A stretch of DNA of 64,000 bases from an uncultured delta proteobacterium (GCA_963717985.1 CAVQYC010000005.1:73106-137105), one strand, 5' to 3'; positions 18,934-28,809 are shown, counted from the stretch's first letter. Notes: a model not told the origin generated them from the letters alone. Numbers and translations: made by a program.

Positions 18934-20730
18934 ATGGGAACAGACGAATTAAGTGGAGCGATCTGGAAGAAATGGGAACAGGATCAGAAGGATGGCAAGC
19001 TGAAGGCTGGGGTTGCTGTTTGGGACGTAAGTCCGGGTTATGATCTGATACCGGAGATCGACTTACCGTTGAACCATTCATACTTTCTTGACGGCACTCA
19101 TTCGTGTCCGCCCCTTTCTCCCTTGAGCCTGCAGCTCTTCTGGGCGAGAGGATGCACCCACGGATTGAAGTACGTCAATACATACTTCAGTTTGCCCACG
19201 TGCTATGGCTGGCAGGGAAGGGGGAAGGACGGCGGCATCTATTGGAGTTTTCTCATAGAGACGGACGAGCAAAAGATAAAGGGAAGGGAAGCCAAGTTTA
19301 AAAAGGCCATGCAACCCTATTTCGACGACTTTCAAGGAATCTGGGAGAAGCACAAGGAAGAGCTGTTGGAAATGTGTGCAAAGACGAGAAAGTTTAATCC
19401 CGCCACAGCAACGCCCATCGATTTCATCCATCTTCATTGGGACCTCGAGCGGGCGTGCCTGAGGCACTGGGAAATCCATTTCCTCGGCATGCAATCATCC
19501 TATTCAGCCTGGATCTTGTTGGAGAAAGAATGCAAGGAGCGTTTCGGCATAGACGACAAATCGGCGGAATTTCAAGACATGCTGCGCGGCTACGACTGTG
19601 AGATCTATAAAGTCGACAGGGAGTTGTGGGTACTGGCGAAAGAGGCGGCAGAGATTGGGCTTTCCGATATATTTAAGTCCAAGGCCCCGGAAGAGATCAT
19701 GCCGGCCCTGGGAGAATCGAGCATCGGCAGGCTATGGCTGAGGGAATTTAATCGGTTCTTAGAAGCGAGGGGATTCAGGGCAACCAATCCCTTCGATATG
19801 GTGGCGCCCACCTGGATAGAAGCCCCCGAGTTCCCGTTGAAGAAAGTAAAAGACCACATTGAAACAGGCGAATCGGCGGCTAAGGAATATGTCCTGGATA
19901 TAAAACGGAAAGAACTCTCCGCAAAAAGAGAGGAGGCCGTAAAGAACATGCTCGCCAAGGTACCCCCTTCGGAGCAGGAGTTGTTCAAATCGCTCATTAA
20001 TCTGGCCCAACAGGCTGCTCCCTACAGTGAAGAGCATGACCTCTTTTGTGAGATGACGACGATGGGATTATTGCGCTGGGGTTACCTTGAGATAGGGAAG
20101 TGGCTCGCCGACCAGGGGTGCATAGATCGTCCCGACGACGTCTTCATGATGAACACCAACGAAATCGAATCGAGTGTCATGGTCCCGGGCAAGGCCGATA
20201 TGCGATGGCTCACGAGAAGGCGCAGGGAAGAATGGGAGGCATTGACGGATCGACTCGCCAAAGAGGGTGAGTTCAGATCGCCGCTCTATACTGATCGCGC
20301 CGACCTGATGGAAGCAGTCGGCAAGGACATGTTACCCTCCTTTGACCCGATTGCCATCAAGATTGTGGTGGGGGATATGCCCACCGTGACCGCTGAGGAA
20401 ATAGGCGCTGATGTCGTGGGGATTTGCGGCTGCCCCGGTATTGCGGAAGGCATTGCGAGGGTCATTATGGACGCTAAGGATCTCGGCCAACTGAAGGCCG
20501 GCGAGATCCTGATATGCCCGGGCACAAACCCGGAGTGGACCATTGCATATGGTATTGCAGCCGCGGTTGTGGGCGATAGAGGCGGCACGCTGTCGCATAC
20601 GGCCATTATCGGCCGGGAATATGGAATTCCCACAATCGTCAATACCTTCGTTGCCTGTGAAAAGATCAGGTCAGGGCAGCGTATAAGAGTGGACGGAGGC
20701 AAGGGAGCAATCTACATACTCGACAAATAA
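18934..20730 (+). CDS. phosphohistidine (swivel-domain) subunit of the split dikinase; phenylphosphate synthase alpha-like
   Basis: SD GGGGGG precedes ATG 18934. C-terminal GIAEGIARVI...ILICPGTNPEWT...GGTLSHTAIIGREYGIPTIV is the PEP-utilizer mobile domain with the catalytic His. The long N-terminal part (YFLDGTHSCPPLSP) is as I recall for PpsA-type proteins. Confidence 0.75.
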   Translation: MGTDELSGAIWKKWEQDQKDGKLKAGVAVWDVSPGYDLIPEIDLPLNHSYFLDGTHSCPPLSPLSLQLFWARGCTHGLKYVNTYFSLPTCYGWQGRGKDGGIYWSFLIETDEQKIKGREAKFKKAMQPYFDDFQGIWEKHKEELLEMCAKTRKFNPATATPIDFIHLHWDLERACLRHWEIHFLGMQSSYSAWILLEKECKERFGIDDKSAEFQDMLRGYDCEIYKVDRELWVLAKEAAEIGLSDIFKSKAPEEIMPALGESSIGRLWLREFNRFLEARGFRATNPFDMVAPTWIEAPEFPLKKVKDHIETGESAAKEYVLDIKRKELSAKREEAVKNMLAKVPPSEQELFKSLINLAQQAAPYSEEHDLFCEMTTMGLLRWGYLEIGKWLADQGCIDRPDDVFMMNTNEIESSVMVPGKADMRWLTRRRREEWEALTDRLAKEGEFRSPLYTDRADLMEAVGKDMLPSFDPIAIKIVVGDMPTVTAEEIGADVVGICGCPGIAEGIARVIMDAKDLGQLKAGEILICPGTNPEWTIAYGIAAAVVGDRGGTLSHTAIIGREYGIPTIVNTFVACEKIRSGQRIRVDGGKGAIYILDK

Positions 20731-20790
20731 ATAGGCGCTTGCAAAAGCCCGAAGGACAACGTACCTCGGGCCTGACTGTGGATATATGAC

Positions 20791-20820
20791 GTCCAGGGCG
20801 GACGTAGGGCCGCCCTGGAC
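20791..20820 (+). terminator. GC-rich 11-bp perfect hairpin downstream of the dikinase genes (no U-tract)
   Basis: GTCCAGGGCGG-acgtaggg-CCGCCCTGGAC, 60 nt after stop 20730. Confidence 0.35.
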
Positions 20821-20895
20821 AGATATGAGGTGTGAAGAAGCTCAACACAGGCGACAGCGGCATAAATAGAACCAGATCTCTTCTTGAGGTGTTCC

Positions 20896-21180
20896 ATGTT
20901 AAAGGTCGTATTTATTTATGAAGTCCCCGGTAAGAAGCATGACGAATACCTGATGATTACAAAGAATGAGATCAAGCCGTTCTGGGAATCTCATGGATGC
21001 GAAGCCTATACAGTCTGGCTTTCCATGGAAGAATCGACAAAATTTATAAAAGAGATGGTCTTCAAGGACGAGAGCACGATGCAGAGCACTATGAAGTTGG
21101 CGGAAGCAGAACCCATCAAGAAACTCTTTTTTCAGTTTGCGAATAATATAACTCGTATAACGTACAAACAGGTGGTGTGA
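20896..21180 (+). CDS. 94-aa hypothetical protein, visibly AT-richer than its surroundings
   Basis: MLKVVFIYEVPGKKHDEYL... Small alpha+beta-looking protein. Start is uncertain (20884 or 20896). Confidence 0.5.
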   Translation: MLKVVFIYEVPGKKHDEYLMITKNEIKPFWESHGCEAYTVWLSMEESTKFIKEMVFKDESTMQSTMKLAEAEPIKKLFFQFANNITRITYKQVV

Positions 21181-21461
21181 ATTCCTGTGCATAACTGACC
21201 CACCACCGCCTAAAAGGTGGTGGGTTCAAAAAACCCAATGATTTGACAGCTTGAGTCGGCTAAAGTCGCCTCTCCTATGGAGCAATGTGGAAATGTCCAT
21301 CCTTTTCTTGGAGGTCCTGGGTTCCAATGTATAACCCCTTACTCCCCCTCTGGTCCGTCCAGAAGTTTTTGCTGTACAAAAAAGATTGATCGTGTAAGAC
21401 TGTGAACAATTTGGTGGTTAAGCCACCAAGGGATTTCAACATCAAAGACAGAGGTGCCTAT

Positions 21462-21926
21462 ATGCAATCGACTTCAGATGGCAAAAGGATTCTTGCGGTT
21501 GACGATGAACCGGACGTTCTTGCCCTTTTGGAGGAGGAGATCAAGCAGGAGTGGCCTAACTGGACGGTCGAGAAGGCGACGACCTATGAGAAAGCCAATG
21601 AGATGCTGAAAGCCAATGAGTATGATTTGGTGATTCTCGACATCATGGGGGTAAAAGGGTTCGATCTCCTCGATACTGCGGTGAGTCGTAAATTTCGCGT
21701 GGCCATCTTCACAGCGCGTGCCCTGAGTTCAGAGGATTTGAAACGGTCGTACGATGCAGGAGCCTATGCGTATATTCCCAAGGACAAGCTAGGCGAAATG
21801 GTAAGCTACCTGTGGATTGCCCTTACTTACGATCGCGAGCCTGGATGGAGAGAACTTCTTGGCAGGCTCGAGGGGTATTTCAACGACAAATTTGAGCTTG
21901 GCTGGAAGAGACCCTTCCAAGGCTAG
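21462..21926 (+). CDS. stand-alone response-regulator receiver (CheY-like) protein
   Basis: KRILAVDDEPD...DLVILDIMG...FTARA...IPKDKL carries the acidic pocket, phospho-Asp, Thr and Lys positions. No output domain. Confidence 0.75.
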   Translation: MQSTSDGKRILAVDDEPDVLALLEEEIKQEWPNWTVEKATTYEKANEMLKANEYDLVILDIMGVKGFDLLDTAVSRKFRVAIFTARALSSEDLKRSYDAGAYAYIPKDKLGEMVSYLWIALTYDREPGWRELLGRLEGYFNDKFELGWKRPFQG

Positions 21927-22309
21927 CGAACAGAATCGACTCTCGTTCCGGAATTGCAGAGCATCGTGAGGCAAAGGGTTTACAATTTGTGTCGTTAGCC
22001 ACTGCTTCACGTATTCGTTACACTTTGGTCTTCTCGATCGACGGTTCTGTTTTTTTGTTTGGCTCCGCCATTGCCACTTCAAGGCTGGTACTGATAGAAA
22101 GAGGTCAAGCACCTCCATTTCAGGAAGGACGCCTTTGTCACGCCTCCTCCGCAGATTAGACAGATTACATGCAAAGTGGCGGCATTCCAGCTTTCAATGT
22201 TTCTCGTGGTATTCCTTCGAAGACCGTTTTTTTTGGATATACGGGAAACTCAGGCAGCCACCTGCGTGAATTCAGATGTTTGACTACCGGAGTAACAGAT
22301 AACCACATG

Positions 22310-22949
22310 CTACGAACGAGTGGAGACATACGGGTTGGTGGTTTTTTCCATGCCTATGGTGCTTTTCGGCGTACTGCCGTAATTATGGCCCGGCAGTACC
22401 AAGGTAGCATCAGGTAGGGTATACAGCTTGTTGCGAATGGAGGAGGCAAGCATCTCCCAGGAGCCGCCTCCCCCGTCGGTTCTGCCGACGGCTCCGACGA
22501 ACAGCGTGTCGCCGGTGAAGACGACCCCCTTACTGTACAGGCAGATACCTCCGGGAGAATGACCCGGGGTGTGAATGACCGAAAGGCTCACCTCGCCCAC
22601 GGTAATGACGTCGCCGTCCCGTCACGGTCCTGCCCGCAGGAGGCGAAGGCTCTGCTCCAAACATGCTCAACATATCCGGAGATTGGTGGGTGAGCGCATA
22701 GGCCTCCAGCTCGTGGATGACGATGGTCGCCCCGGTCAACTCCTGCATGCGCTTGTTCCCCAGGATATGGTCCACATGGGAATGGGTATTAACAATGTAC
22801 TTTATCGTGAAACCCCTCTTGGCAGCTTCCTCGAGAATACGGTGCTCATCGCCCGCAGGGTCAATCACGAGCGCTGCTTTCATCTTCTCACAGCCGACGA
22901 GATAGGCAAAGACTGCCATCTGTCCCACCTGCATCTGTTTTACCTTCAC
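22310..22949 (-). pseudogene. MBL-fold metallo-hydrolase (glyoxalase II-like) with a 1-nt frameshift
   Basis: The N-terminal ORF (22530-22949) has THSHVDH. The C-terminal ORF (22310-22600) has VIHTPGHSPGG...PGHNYG. The two frames join if one G of GGG (plus strand CCC at 22618-22620) is removed. Confidence 0.8.
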
Positions 22950-23113
22950 GTGCGCTCCGGTCTCAATGAGTTCTGGAATACCACTTATAATGATTGCTTT
23001 CGTAATTGTATCAAAAAAACATCATTTCAGGAAGTTCACCTCTTCCACCTCTCCTCGGCACGCCACGCATATTACATCATGAGGCCCCGAACAACGATAC
23101 GAGGAGGATTTAT

Positions 23114-23953
23114 ATGACACTACACGAGGCAATAGAGCTATTCAAGGATCATCAAAAGAACAGTGCGAAGGAGAAGACCCGGGAAAGCTATGGTTATCTC
23201 TTCAGAAACCTGGAGACCCTTCTTGACAACGTTGCCCTTGAAGCTATATCCCCACAGGACCTCTATCAATTCTTGCTCATTTTGGGCGAAGGACGAGCCA
23301 GATCAACTGCCCGTCTCCGTTACGCTCAGCTCAAGTCCCTCTTCAACTTCATCATTGAGGGCACCCATGCGTCGATGACCAATCCCTGCAATGATCCCCT
23401 TCTCTCGAAGACGTTTCGAGCGCCCCGGGTGAAACAGCGGGAGATCATCGGCAAAGAGGTAGTCGATGAGATCATCTACCGATGCCGAAAGACGAGGGAC
23501 AGACTCATCTTGGAGCTTCAGGCGCGCTGCGGCTTGAGGATAGGGGAGGTGCTTGGCTTACGGGCGACGGACGTGAACGGAAGAAGACTCACCTTAAAAC
23601 GTCCCAAGTCGGGCAGGGATGAGGAAAACGCCTTCATGCCGGAGACGCTGGCCGGCAGGTTGAAGACATATCTCGATACCCAGAACCTCCTTCCCGACCA
23701 GAGGATCTTTCCCATCTGTTACTCAACTGCTCGATCTCTGGTGAAAGGGCTTGGGGACAAAACGGGCGTGAAGATCAGACCTCATGATCTGAGGCGCCAC
23801 TCAGCCACCTACGCGAGTCGGAACGGGATTCCTCTTGAAGTCATCTCCAAAATAATCCTCAGGCACCAGGACCTCAAGACCACGCAGATGTACCTGGGCA
23901 GGATCAGCGAGGCTGAGGCCCTGCGCTGGATGGATGTGCTCCACGGAAAGTAG
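23114..23953 (+). CDS. tyrosine-type site-specific recombinase/integrase (intact copy)
   Basis: SD GAGGAGGA precedes ATG 23114. Contains RIGEVLGLR, HDLRRHSATY and LKTTQMYLG (catalytic Tyr). Confidence 0.85.
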   Translation: MTLHEAIELFKDHQKNSAKEKTRESYGYLFRNLETLLDNVALEAISPQDLYQFLLILGEGRARSTARLRYAQLKSLFNFIIEGTHASMTNPCNDPLLSKTFRAPRVKQREIIGKEVVDEIIYRCRKTRDRLILELQARCGLRIGEVLGLRATDVNGRRLTLKRPKSGRDEENAFMPETLAGRLKTYLDTQNLLPDQRIFPICYSTARSLVKGLGDKTGVKIRPHDLRRHSATYASRNGIPLEVISKIILRHQDLKTTQMYLGRISEAEALRWMDVLHGK

Positions 23954-24018
23954 ACCAAAATCAGATCGGGGCCTCGTCGGGTTGGTGGCAAGGTTATTAG
24001 CGGCATTCCTCAAGAATT

Positions 24019-24219
24019 TTGGAAAATCGAAGCGCAACAGTAGCACGTGGAGGCGGTAACTTTGCCCACGCAGAAATGGGCGATAAGGTGGCAGGACACG
24101 ATTTCTGCGGGCTCCTTCCCCCTCAGTCCTCTCAAGGCAATAGTGTGGTGGCACCGTCGGCCAGGCACGGATCCGTTGCTCTCGACAAGATATTCTTGCC
24201 TTCGCACTTCGTTGATTGA
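24019..24219 (+). CDS. 66-codon ORF downstream of the recombinase (TTG start), with decayed relatives elsewhere in the window
   Basis: Stop-interrupted homologs sit behind both recombinase scars and at 13208-13375. Its coding status is not proven. Confidence 0.3.
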   Translation: MENRSATVARGGGNFAHAEMGDKVAGHDFCGLLPPQSSQGNSVVAPSARHGSVALDKIFLPSHFVD

Positions 24220-24394
24220 CAGCGAACACCATGTGGCGATATGATCACCAGGGGAGCACAAAACTTGGGAGGTTCGCGTTATCTCCGTTCCTTACGCGGA
24301 GGATTCCCTTTGACTTGGTTTATTATTTACGCTCATCCCGTCGCCGTCCCGGGCCGTGACCGGCGGAAAGGCAAAAATCAGGAAGGTGATATCC

Positions 24395-25591
24395 ATGAAA
24401 ACAATTCTTGTGATAGCGGCGCTGGACACGAAAGGGACGGAGGTCGCATTTTGCAGGGAGCAGATAGAAGCTTTGGGGGCAAAGACATTATTGATAGATG
24501 GTGGTGTATTGGGTGAGCCGACAGTAAAACCGGATATCACGCGTGAGGAGGTAGCTGCGGCAGCCGGCACGACGATTGAAGAGGTAAGAAAAAGTCCGTC
24601 TGAGGCCGACGCCATTGGCCTGCAAACCCAGGGCGCGGCTGCCATCGCACTGCGCCTGCATGAAGAGGGCAGGATCCACGGTGTGTTAGGGATCGGGGGA
24701 GGGATGGGCACGGCCCTAGGAACGGGCGTGATGCGGGCCCTCCCCATAGGCGTACCGAAGTTCATGGTATCCTCGCAAGCGGGGAATCCGGCTGTGAGTC
24801 GTTTGATAGGGACCAAGGATATCTGTATGCTTCACTCGGTCGCCGATGTGGTGGGGATAAACCACTTCACAAGGATGATCTTTACCCGGGCCTGCGGGGG
24901 CGTCGTGGGAATGGCAAACGTGGAAATAAAGGAGGAGATGGACAAGGAAAAGATAGTGGCCCTTTGCGCCAAGGGCTCTACTGAGGATACGAGCCGTATG
25001 ATAAGACAGAGACTTGTTGATGCGGGCTACCGCCCCATGACCTTTCATTGCTTCGGCTTTGGTCCTGCCAGCCTGGAGCAGGTAATTGCGGACGGGTACA
25101 TTGACGGTGGCGTTATCGAGCTTTCCAATGACTGGCTTGACCGCATTGCGGGAGGCTATTCCTTCCCCCCTGATGATCGTTATGAGAATGCCGGCAAGAT
25201 TGGACTGCCTCAGGTTTTTGTTCCCGGGAGCTGTGATCTGATTGCCGCCCCGCCGGGCACACATACGGGCCGGAAGAGTAATCCCCACAACCAGGCAGTA
25301 ACCGCCTACCGGTCAAGCTATTCGGAGCTCCATCAGGTAGGAAGTGAAATAGGTGAAAAACTGAGCAAGAGCAAGGGACCGGTTACCGTGGTAATACCCT
25401 TGCAGGGGTTCTCGGTGTTTGACCGGGTGGGTGGTCCTATGCATGATCCCGATGCAAATGCGGGCTTCATAGATGCTATTTCGGCTTTTGCCGACAGAAT
25501 AAAGATTGTAAAAGTAGATGCCCATATACTGGATAAAAAATTCGCCGATGCAGTGATGGATGCTTTCCTGGAAAACGCCGCCAAGGTCTGA
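24395..25591 (+). CDS. UPF0261 / Tm-1-like ATP-binding protein
   Basis: MKTILVIAALDTKGTEVAFCREQIEALGAKTLLIDGGVLGEP is the characteristic N-terminus. About 398 aa. Confidence 0.75.
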   Translation: MKTILVIAALDTKGTEVAFCREQIEALGAKTLLIDGGVLGEPTVKPDITREEVAAAAGTTIEEVRKSPSEADAIGLQTQGAAAIALRLHEEGRIHGVLGIGGGMGTALGTGVMRALPIGVPKFMVSSQAGNPAVSRLIGTKDICMLHSVADVVGINHFTRMIFTRACGGVVGMANVEIKEEMDKEKIVALCAKGSTEDTSRMIRQRLVDAGYRPMTFHCFGFGPASLEQVIADGYIDGGVIELSNDWLDRIAGGYSFPPDDRYENAGKIGLPQVFVPGSCDLIAAPPGTHTGRKSNPHNQAVTAYRSSYSELHQVGSEIGEKLSKSKGPVTVVIPLQGFSVFDRVGGPMHDPDANAGFIDAISAFADRIKIVKVDAHILDKKFADAVMDAFLENAAKV

Positions 25592-25830
25592 AGTTGCCCC
25601 TTGGCTATCAAAAAAACGGTAGACCCTACACCTGTGAGATAGTTTCATAGCGTGTATCAGAGACTAAACGCATTGTGGGCTGAACAGTATCGGGAGAGAG
25701 TAGCTATCCTGCCTTTGTTGATCGACTGAACCTTTTGGGTGCCGCCGTGATCCCCGCCTTCTTCCTCCTACGAAATCTTCTTGCCATTCTCGCCGGATAA
25801 TTGCAGACTTTCACACAAGGCAGGAGTGTT

Positions 25831-26310
25831 ATGACGGAATCCGTGTTCAATCCACCAACTGATGATCGCTACTTCGAGGATTACATAGTCGGATCTGTCT
25901 ATGAGTTCGGATCAATCGTAGTTCGGGAAGAGGACATGCTCGATTTTGCCAGACGATATGACCCTCAAGCCTTCCATATGGATCCCGAAAAGGCCAAGGG
26001 GAGCCCCTTCGGCGGTCTTATCGCCAGCGGCTGGCACACGGCTGCCCTCACCATGCGACTTCTCGTGGATCACTACGTCTCCAAAGTCGCCGGCATAGGC
26101 TCTCCCGGCTCCGGCCCTATCCGATGGCTTAAGCCCGCCCGCCCCGGTGATGAACTCTCGATCAGGGTAACCATACTGAAAGCCAGCAAACACCGTAAAA
26201 AACCTGATCGGGGAATTGCCGAGGCGTTGGTGGAAACAATGAATCAGCATCGGGAGGTCGTGATGACCAGAACGGCTATAGGCATAACGCGTTGTCGCAA
26301 CAAGACATAG
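25831..26310 (+). CDS. MaoC-like (hotdog fold) dehydratase, paralog of 12565-13044
   Basis: SD AGGAG precedes ATG 25831. 159 aa, alignable along its whole length with the other copy. Confidence 0.8.
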   Translation: MTESVFNPPTDDRYFEDYIVGSVYEFGSIVVREEDMLDFARRYDPQAFHMDPEKAKGSPFGGLIASGWHTAALTMRLLVDHYVSKVAGIGSPGSGPIRWLKPARPGDELSIRVTILKASKHRKKPDRGIAEALVETMNQHREVVMTRTAIGITRCRNKT

Positions 26311-26678
26311 GGTGGTTGTTATGACATCCCATACCTCGACAATAATGATGGTCTTCATTTTTCCCCTTACTCCTTGTTCAATGTAAGCAGACGAAGGCTT
26401 TAAAGCGAGAAACAGAAGGATCGAATTTATTACCGTCCCGCTTTTGTGTTGCCCCTCGTAGTGAGGTTTGTGGTCCCTATCGACCTGGCGCTTCCCCGAC
26501 GACAATGTGCAGTTTCGTGTTCATTGCCTCCTCCGCAACTTTGGGACGTAATCTTGGATGCCTGGCCGCGAGGGGTCCCGGAGGGTGCCTTCCTGAAAGG
26601 ATAGAACCAGCGGCTATTCCGGACCCTCCAACCTTTCAAAGGGCATTTCTGCACCTGGTCCTACTACATTTGTTATTG

Positions 26679-27413
26679 TCATCGGCGCGAGATCTTGTCC
26701 GTGAGGATCATGTCCTTGAGTTCGATTTGCAGGGCTTGCTCCATGTCAAGATCGAGGGCCCTGTTCATTGCCAGTTTTGCGAGCCTGTTAGCCAATTCAG
26801 GGTTCTCCGCCATCTTCTCCGCCATCGCGATGGCTTCGTCGAGGAGGCGGTCAAGAGGTACGACTCTATTAACCAGTCCCCACTTTTCCGCTTGGTCGGC
26901 ATCGATGATCGTGCCCAGCAGGATCATCTCCTTCGCCCTCGCCATGCCGATTATAAGGGGAAGCAGCTTTGTCCCTGCGTTCCCTACTGCCGATCCTATG
27001 CGGGTCTCGGGAAAACCGAATTTTGCCCCCTCTGCCGCTATGATGAGGTCGCAGTTCATAACCCACTCGCATCCCGCCCCCAAAGCATACCCCTGGACAG
27101 CCACAACCACGGGTTTCCCCATGCCCATGATTGCACCGGTGACTTTCTGGAGGAATTCGACGGCTGCAAGTTCCCTCTCCAGGGAATCTTTGCCCGTCTC
27201 TTCCGTGAGGTCATGACCTGAGCAGAATGCCCGGCCCTCACCTCGAAAGACGACAGCCCTCACTTCTGTGTCGGCGGCGGCCTTCTTGAAGGCTTCCAGT
27301 AGCTCCTGCGCCATAAGGGCATTCTGCGCGTTAAGCTTCTCGGGTCTATTGAGAGTAATAACGCCAATTGCGCCTTTTGTTTCATACTTCACAGTCTTTT
27401 GCTCCATGCTCAT
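26679..27413 (-). CDS. enoyl-CoA hydratase/isomerase (crotonase) family protein
   Basis: VITLNRPEKLNA...VVFRGEGRAFCSGHDL...AVQGYALGAGCE. Confidence 0.85.
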   Translation of the reverse strand: MSMEQKTVKYETKGAIGVITLNRPEKLNAQNALMAQELLEAFKKAAADTEVRAVVFRGEGRAFCSGHDLTEETGKDSLERELAAVEFLQKVTGAIMGMGKPVVVAVQGYALGAGCEWVMNCDLIIAAEGAKFGFPETRIGSAVGNAGTKLLPLIIGMARAKEMILLGTIIDADQAEKWGLVNRVVPLDRLLDEAIAMAEKMAENPELANRLAKLAMNRALDLDMEQALQIELKDMILTDKISRR

Positions 27414-27668
27414 ATTCCACCCTCCCGATTTTATCTATGTTGACCATCCTAAGCTATTTTACCATCGTCCCAGTGTACCCGCACTATGCGGCAGCGTCTC
27501 GTAAGGAGCGGCCGTCCGGCGAATATTACGAAAGATAGTGAAAAAGGCACAAACGCGGCCCTTGGGTGTAATCTGCGGTTCTATTCAGGCGAAAGTGGGG
27601 GGAGTGTGCTTTCTGTGCTCCTAGATTTCCCGCACATAAGGAGGCCATTCCATAGTCGAAAGACCAGC

Positions 27669-28769
27669 CTAGTGTACTGTCTCAGTAACGGCTTTACAAC
27701 GGGCCACCTTCTTGACGATATCTTCCGCTTTCTTCGTCCAAACAAAAGGCTTGGGGTTCTCGTTGTAGAGCCGGATGTACTCTTCGATGGCGGCTACCAG
27801 TTCCGGCACGCTTTTGAATACTCCCCGACGGATTCTTTTCCGTGTGATTTCTCCAAACCAACGTTCTACCAGATTCAACCAGGATGAGCTTGTGGGTGTG
27901 AAGTGAAGGGCAAAGCGAGGATGCTTTTCAAGCCACATTTTCACATTTGGGTGGCCGTGCGTTCCATAATTATCCAGGATCAAGTGAATTGCCAATTTCT
28001 GGGGCACTTCCCGGTTGATCTTGCGGAGAAACTTTAGGAATTCCGTGTTCCTGTGCCGGGGATAACAGGAGCCGATAACTTTTCCTTCCAACAGGTTCAT
28101 CGCAGCAAAAAGACAGGTAGTACCGTTGCGTCGGTAATCGTGCGTCATTGTTCCGCAGCGCCCTTTCTTCATAGGCAGACCCGGTTGCGTCCTATCGAGC
28201 GCCTGCACCTGGGTCTTTTCATCGACGCATAGCACCACCGCCTTGTCGGGCGGATTCAGATAGACGCCTACAACATCCGTCAGTTTTTCCACGAATCGCT
28301 TGTCTTTGGATAACTTGAAGGTCTCCACGCGGTGCGGCTGCAAGCCATGGGCGTCCCAGATGCGTTGCACGGTCGCATGGCTGACGCCATGAGCCTTTGC
28401 CATAGTTCTCGTCGACCAGTGGGTTGAATCGGCAGGCGTTGTATGGAGGGTAGCTTCCACGATGGCATCAACCTTTTTCGGATCGAGTTGCCTTGAACTG
28501 GGACCATGAGGAGCATCTTCAGCCAATCCTGAAATGCCTTTCGCTCTAAATCGGTTTGTCCACAACAGAACCGTGGGGCGAGAGGCGTCCAATTCCTTAG
28601 CGATGGCGTTATGCGAGAGACCCCTTGCGGCAAGCAGGCAAATACGGGAACGGAGGACTACTCTTTGAGGCGTCTTTTTCGCACGAATCCAAGCTTCCAA
28701 TGTTCTTTGCTGTTCTTCCGTCATCATGAGCTTATTGGCTGGTTTCCACATGCACCAAGTATAGCACAA
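27669..28769 (-). CDS. IS630-family transposase
   Basis: HTH-rich N-terminus (GLSHNAIAKELDASRPTV) and a DDE_3-type C-terminus (LILDNYGTHGH...SWLNLVERWF). The ORF reads through the terminal repeat and stops on the TA target plus a flanking G. Confidence 0.9.
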   Translation of the reverse strand: MCYTWCMWKPANKLMMTEEQQRTLEAWIRAKKTPQRVVLRSRICLLAARGLSHNAIAKELDASRPTVLLWTNRFRAKGISGLAEDAPHGPSSRQLDPKKVDAIVEATLHTTPADSTHWSTRTMAKAHGVSHATVQRIWDAHGLQPHRVETFKLSKDKRFVEKLTDVVGVYLNPPDKAVVLCVDEKTQVQALDRTQPGLPMKKGRCGTMTHDYRRNGTTCLFAAMNLLEGKVIGSCYPRHRNTEFLKFLRKINREVPQKLAIHLILDNYGTHGHPNVKMWLEKHPRFALHFTPTSSSWLNLVERWFGEITRKRIRRGVFKSVPELVAAIEEYIRLYNENPKPFVWTKKAEDIVKKVARCKAVTETVH

Positions 28770-28809
28770 GCAAAGGCTATTGTAAATATATTACTGAGAC
28801 AGTACACTA
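27670..28809 (-). mobile_element. second IS630-family element (1136-bp body, perfect 17-bp TIR, TA/TA)
   Basis: GTGTACTGTCTCAGTAA at 27672-27688 and its exact reverse complement at 28791-28807. TA at 27670-27671 and 28808-28809. Confidence 0.9.

Noticed and set aside
21199-21224. 9-bp perfect hairpin CCCACCACC-gcctaaaa-GGTGGTGGG after the 94-aa ORF, considered as an intrinsic terminator.
   Set aside because: It is followed by TTCAAAAAA, not a U-tract, and on the other strand the T-run precedes the stem. I kept it only as a possible structural element.
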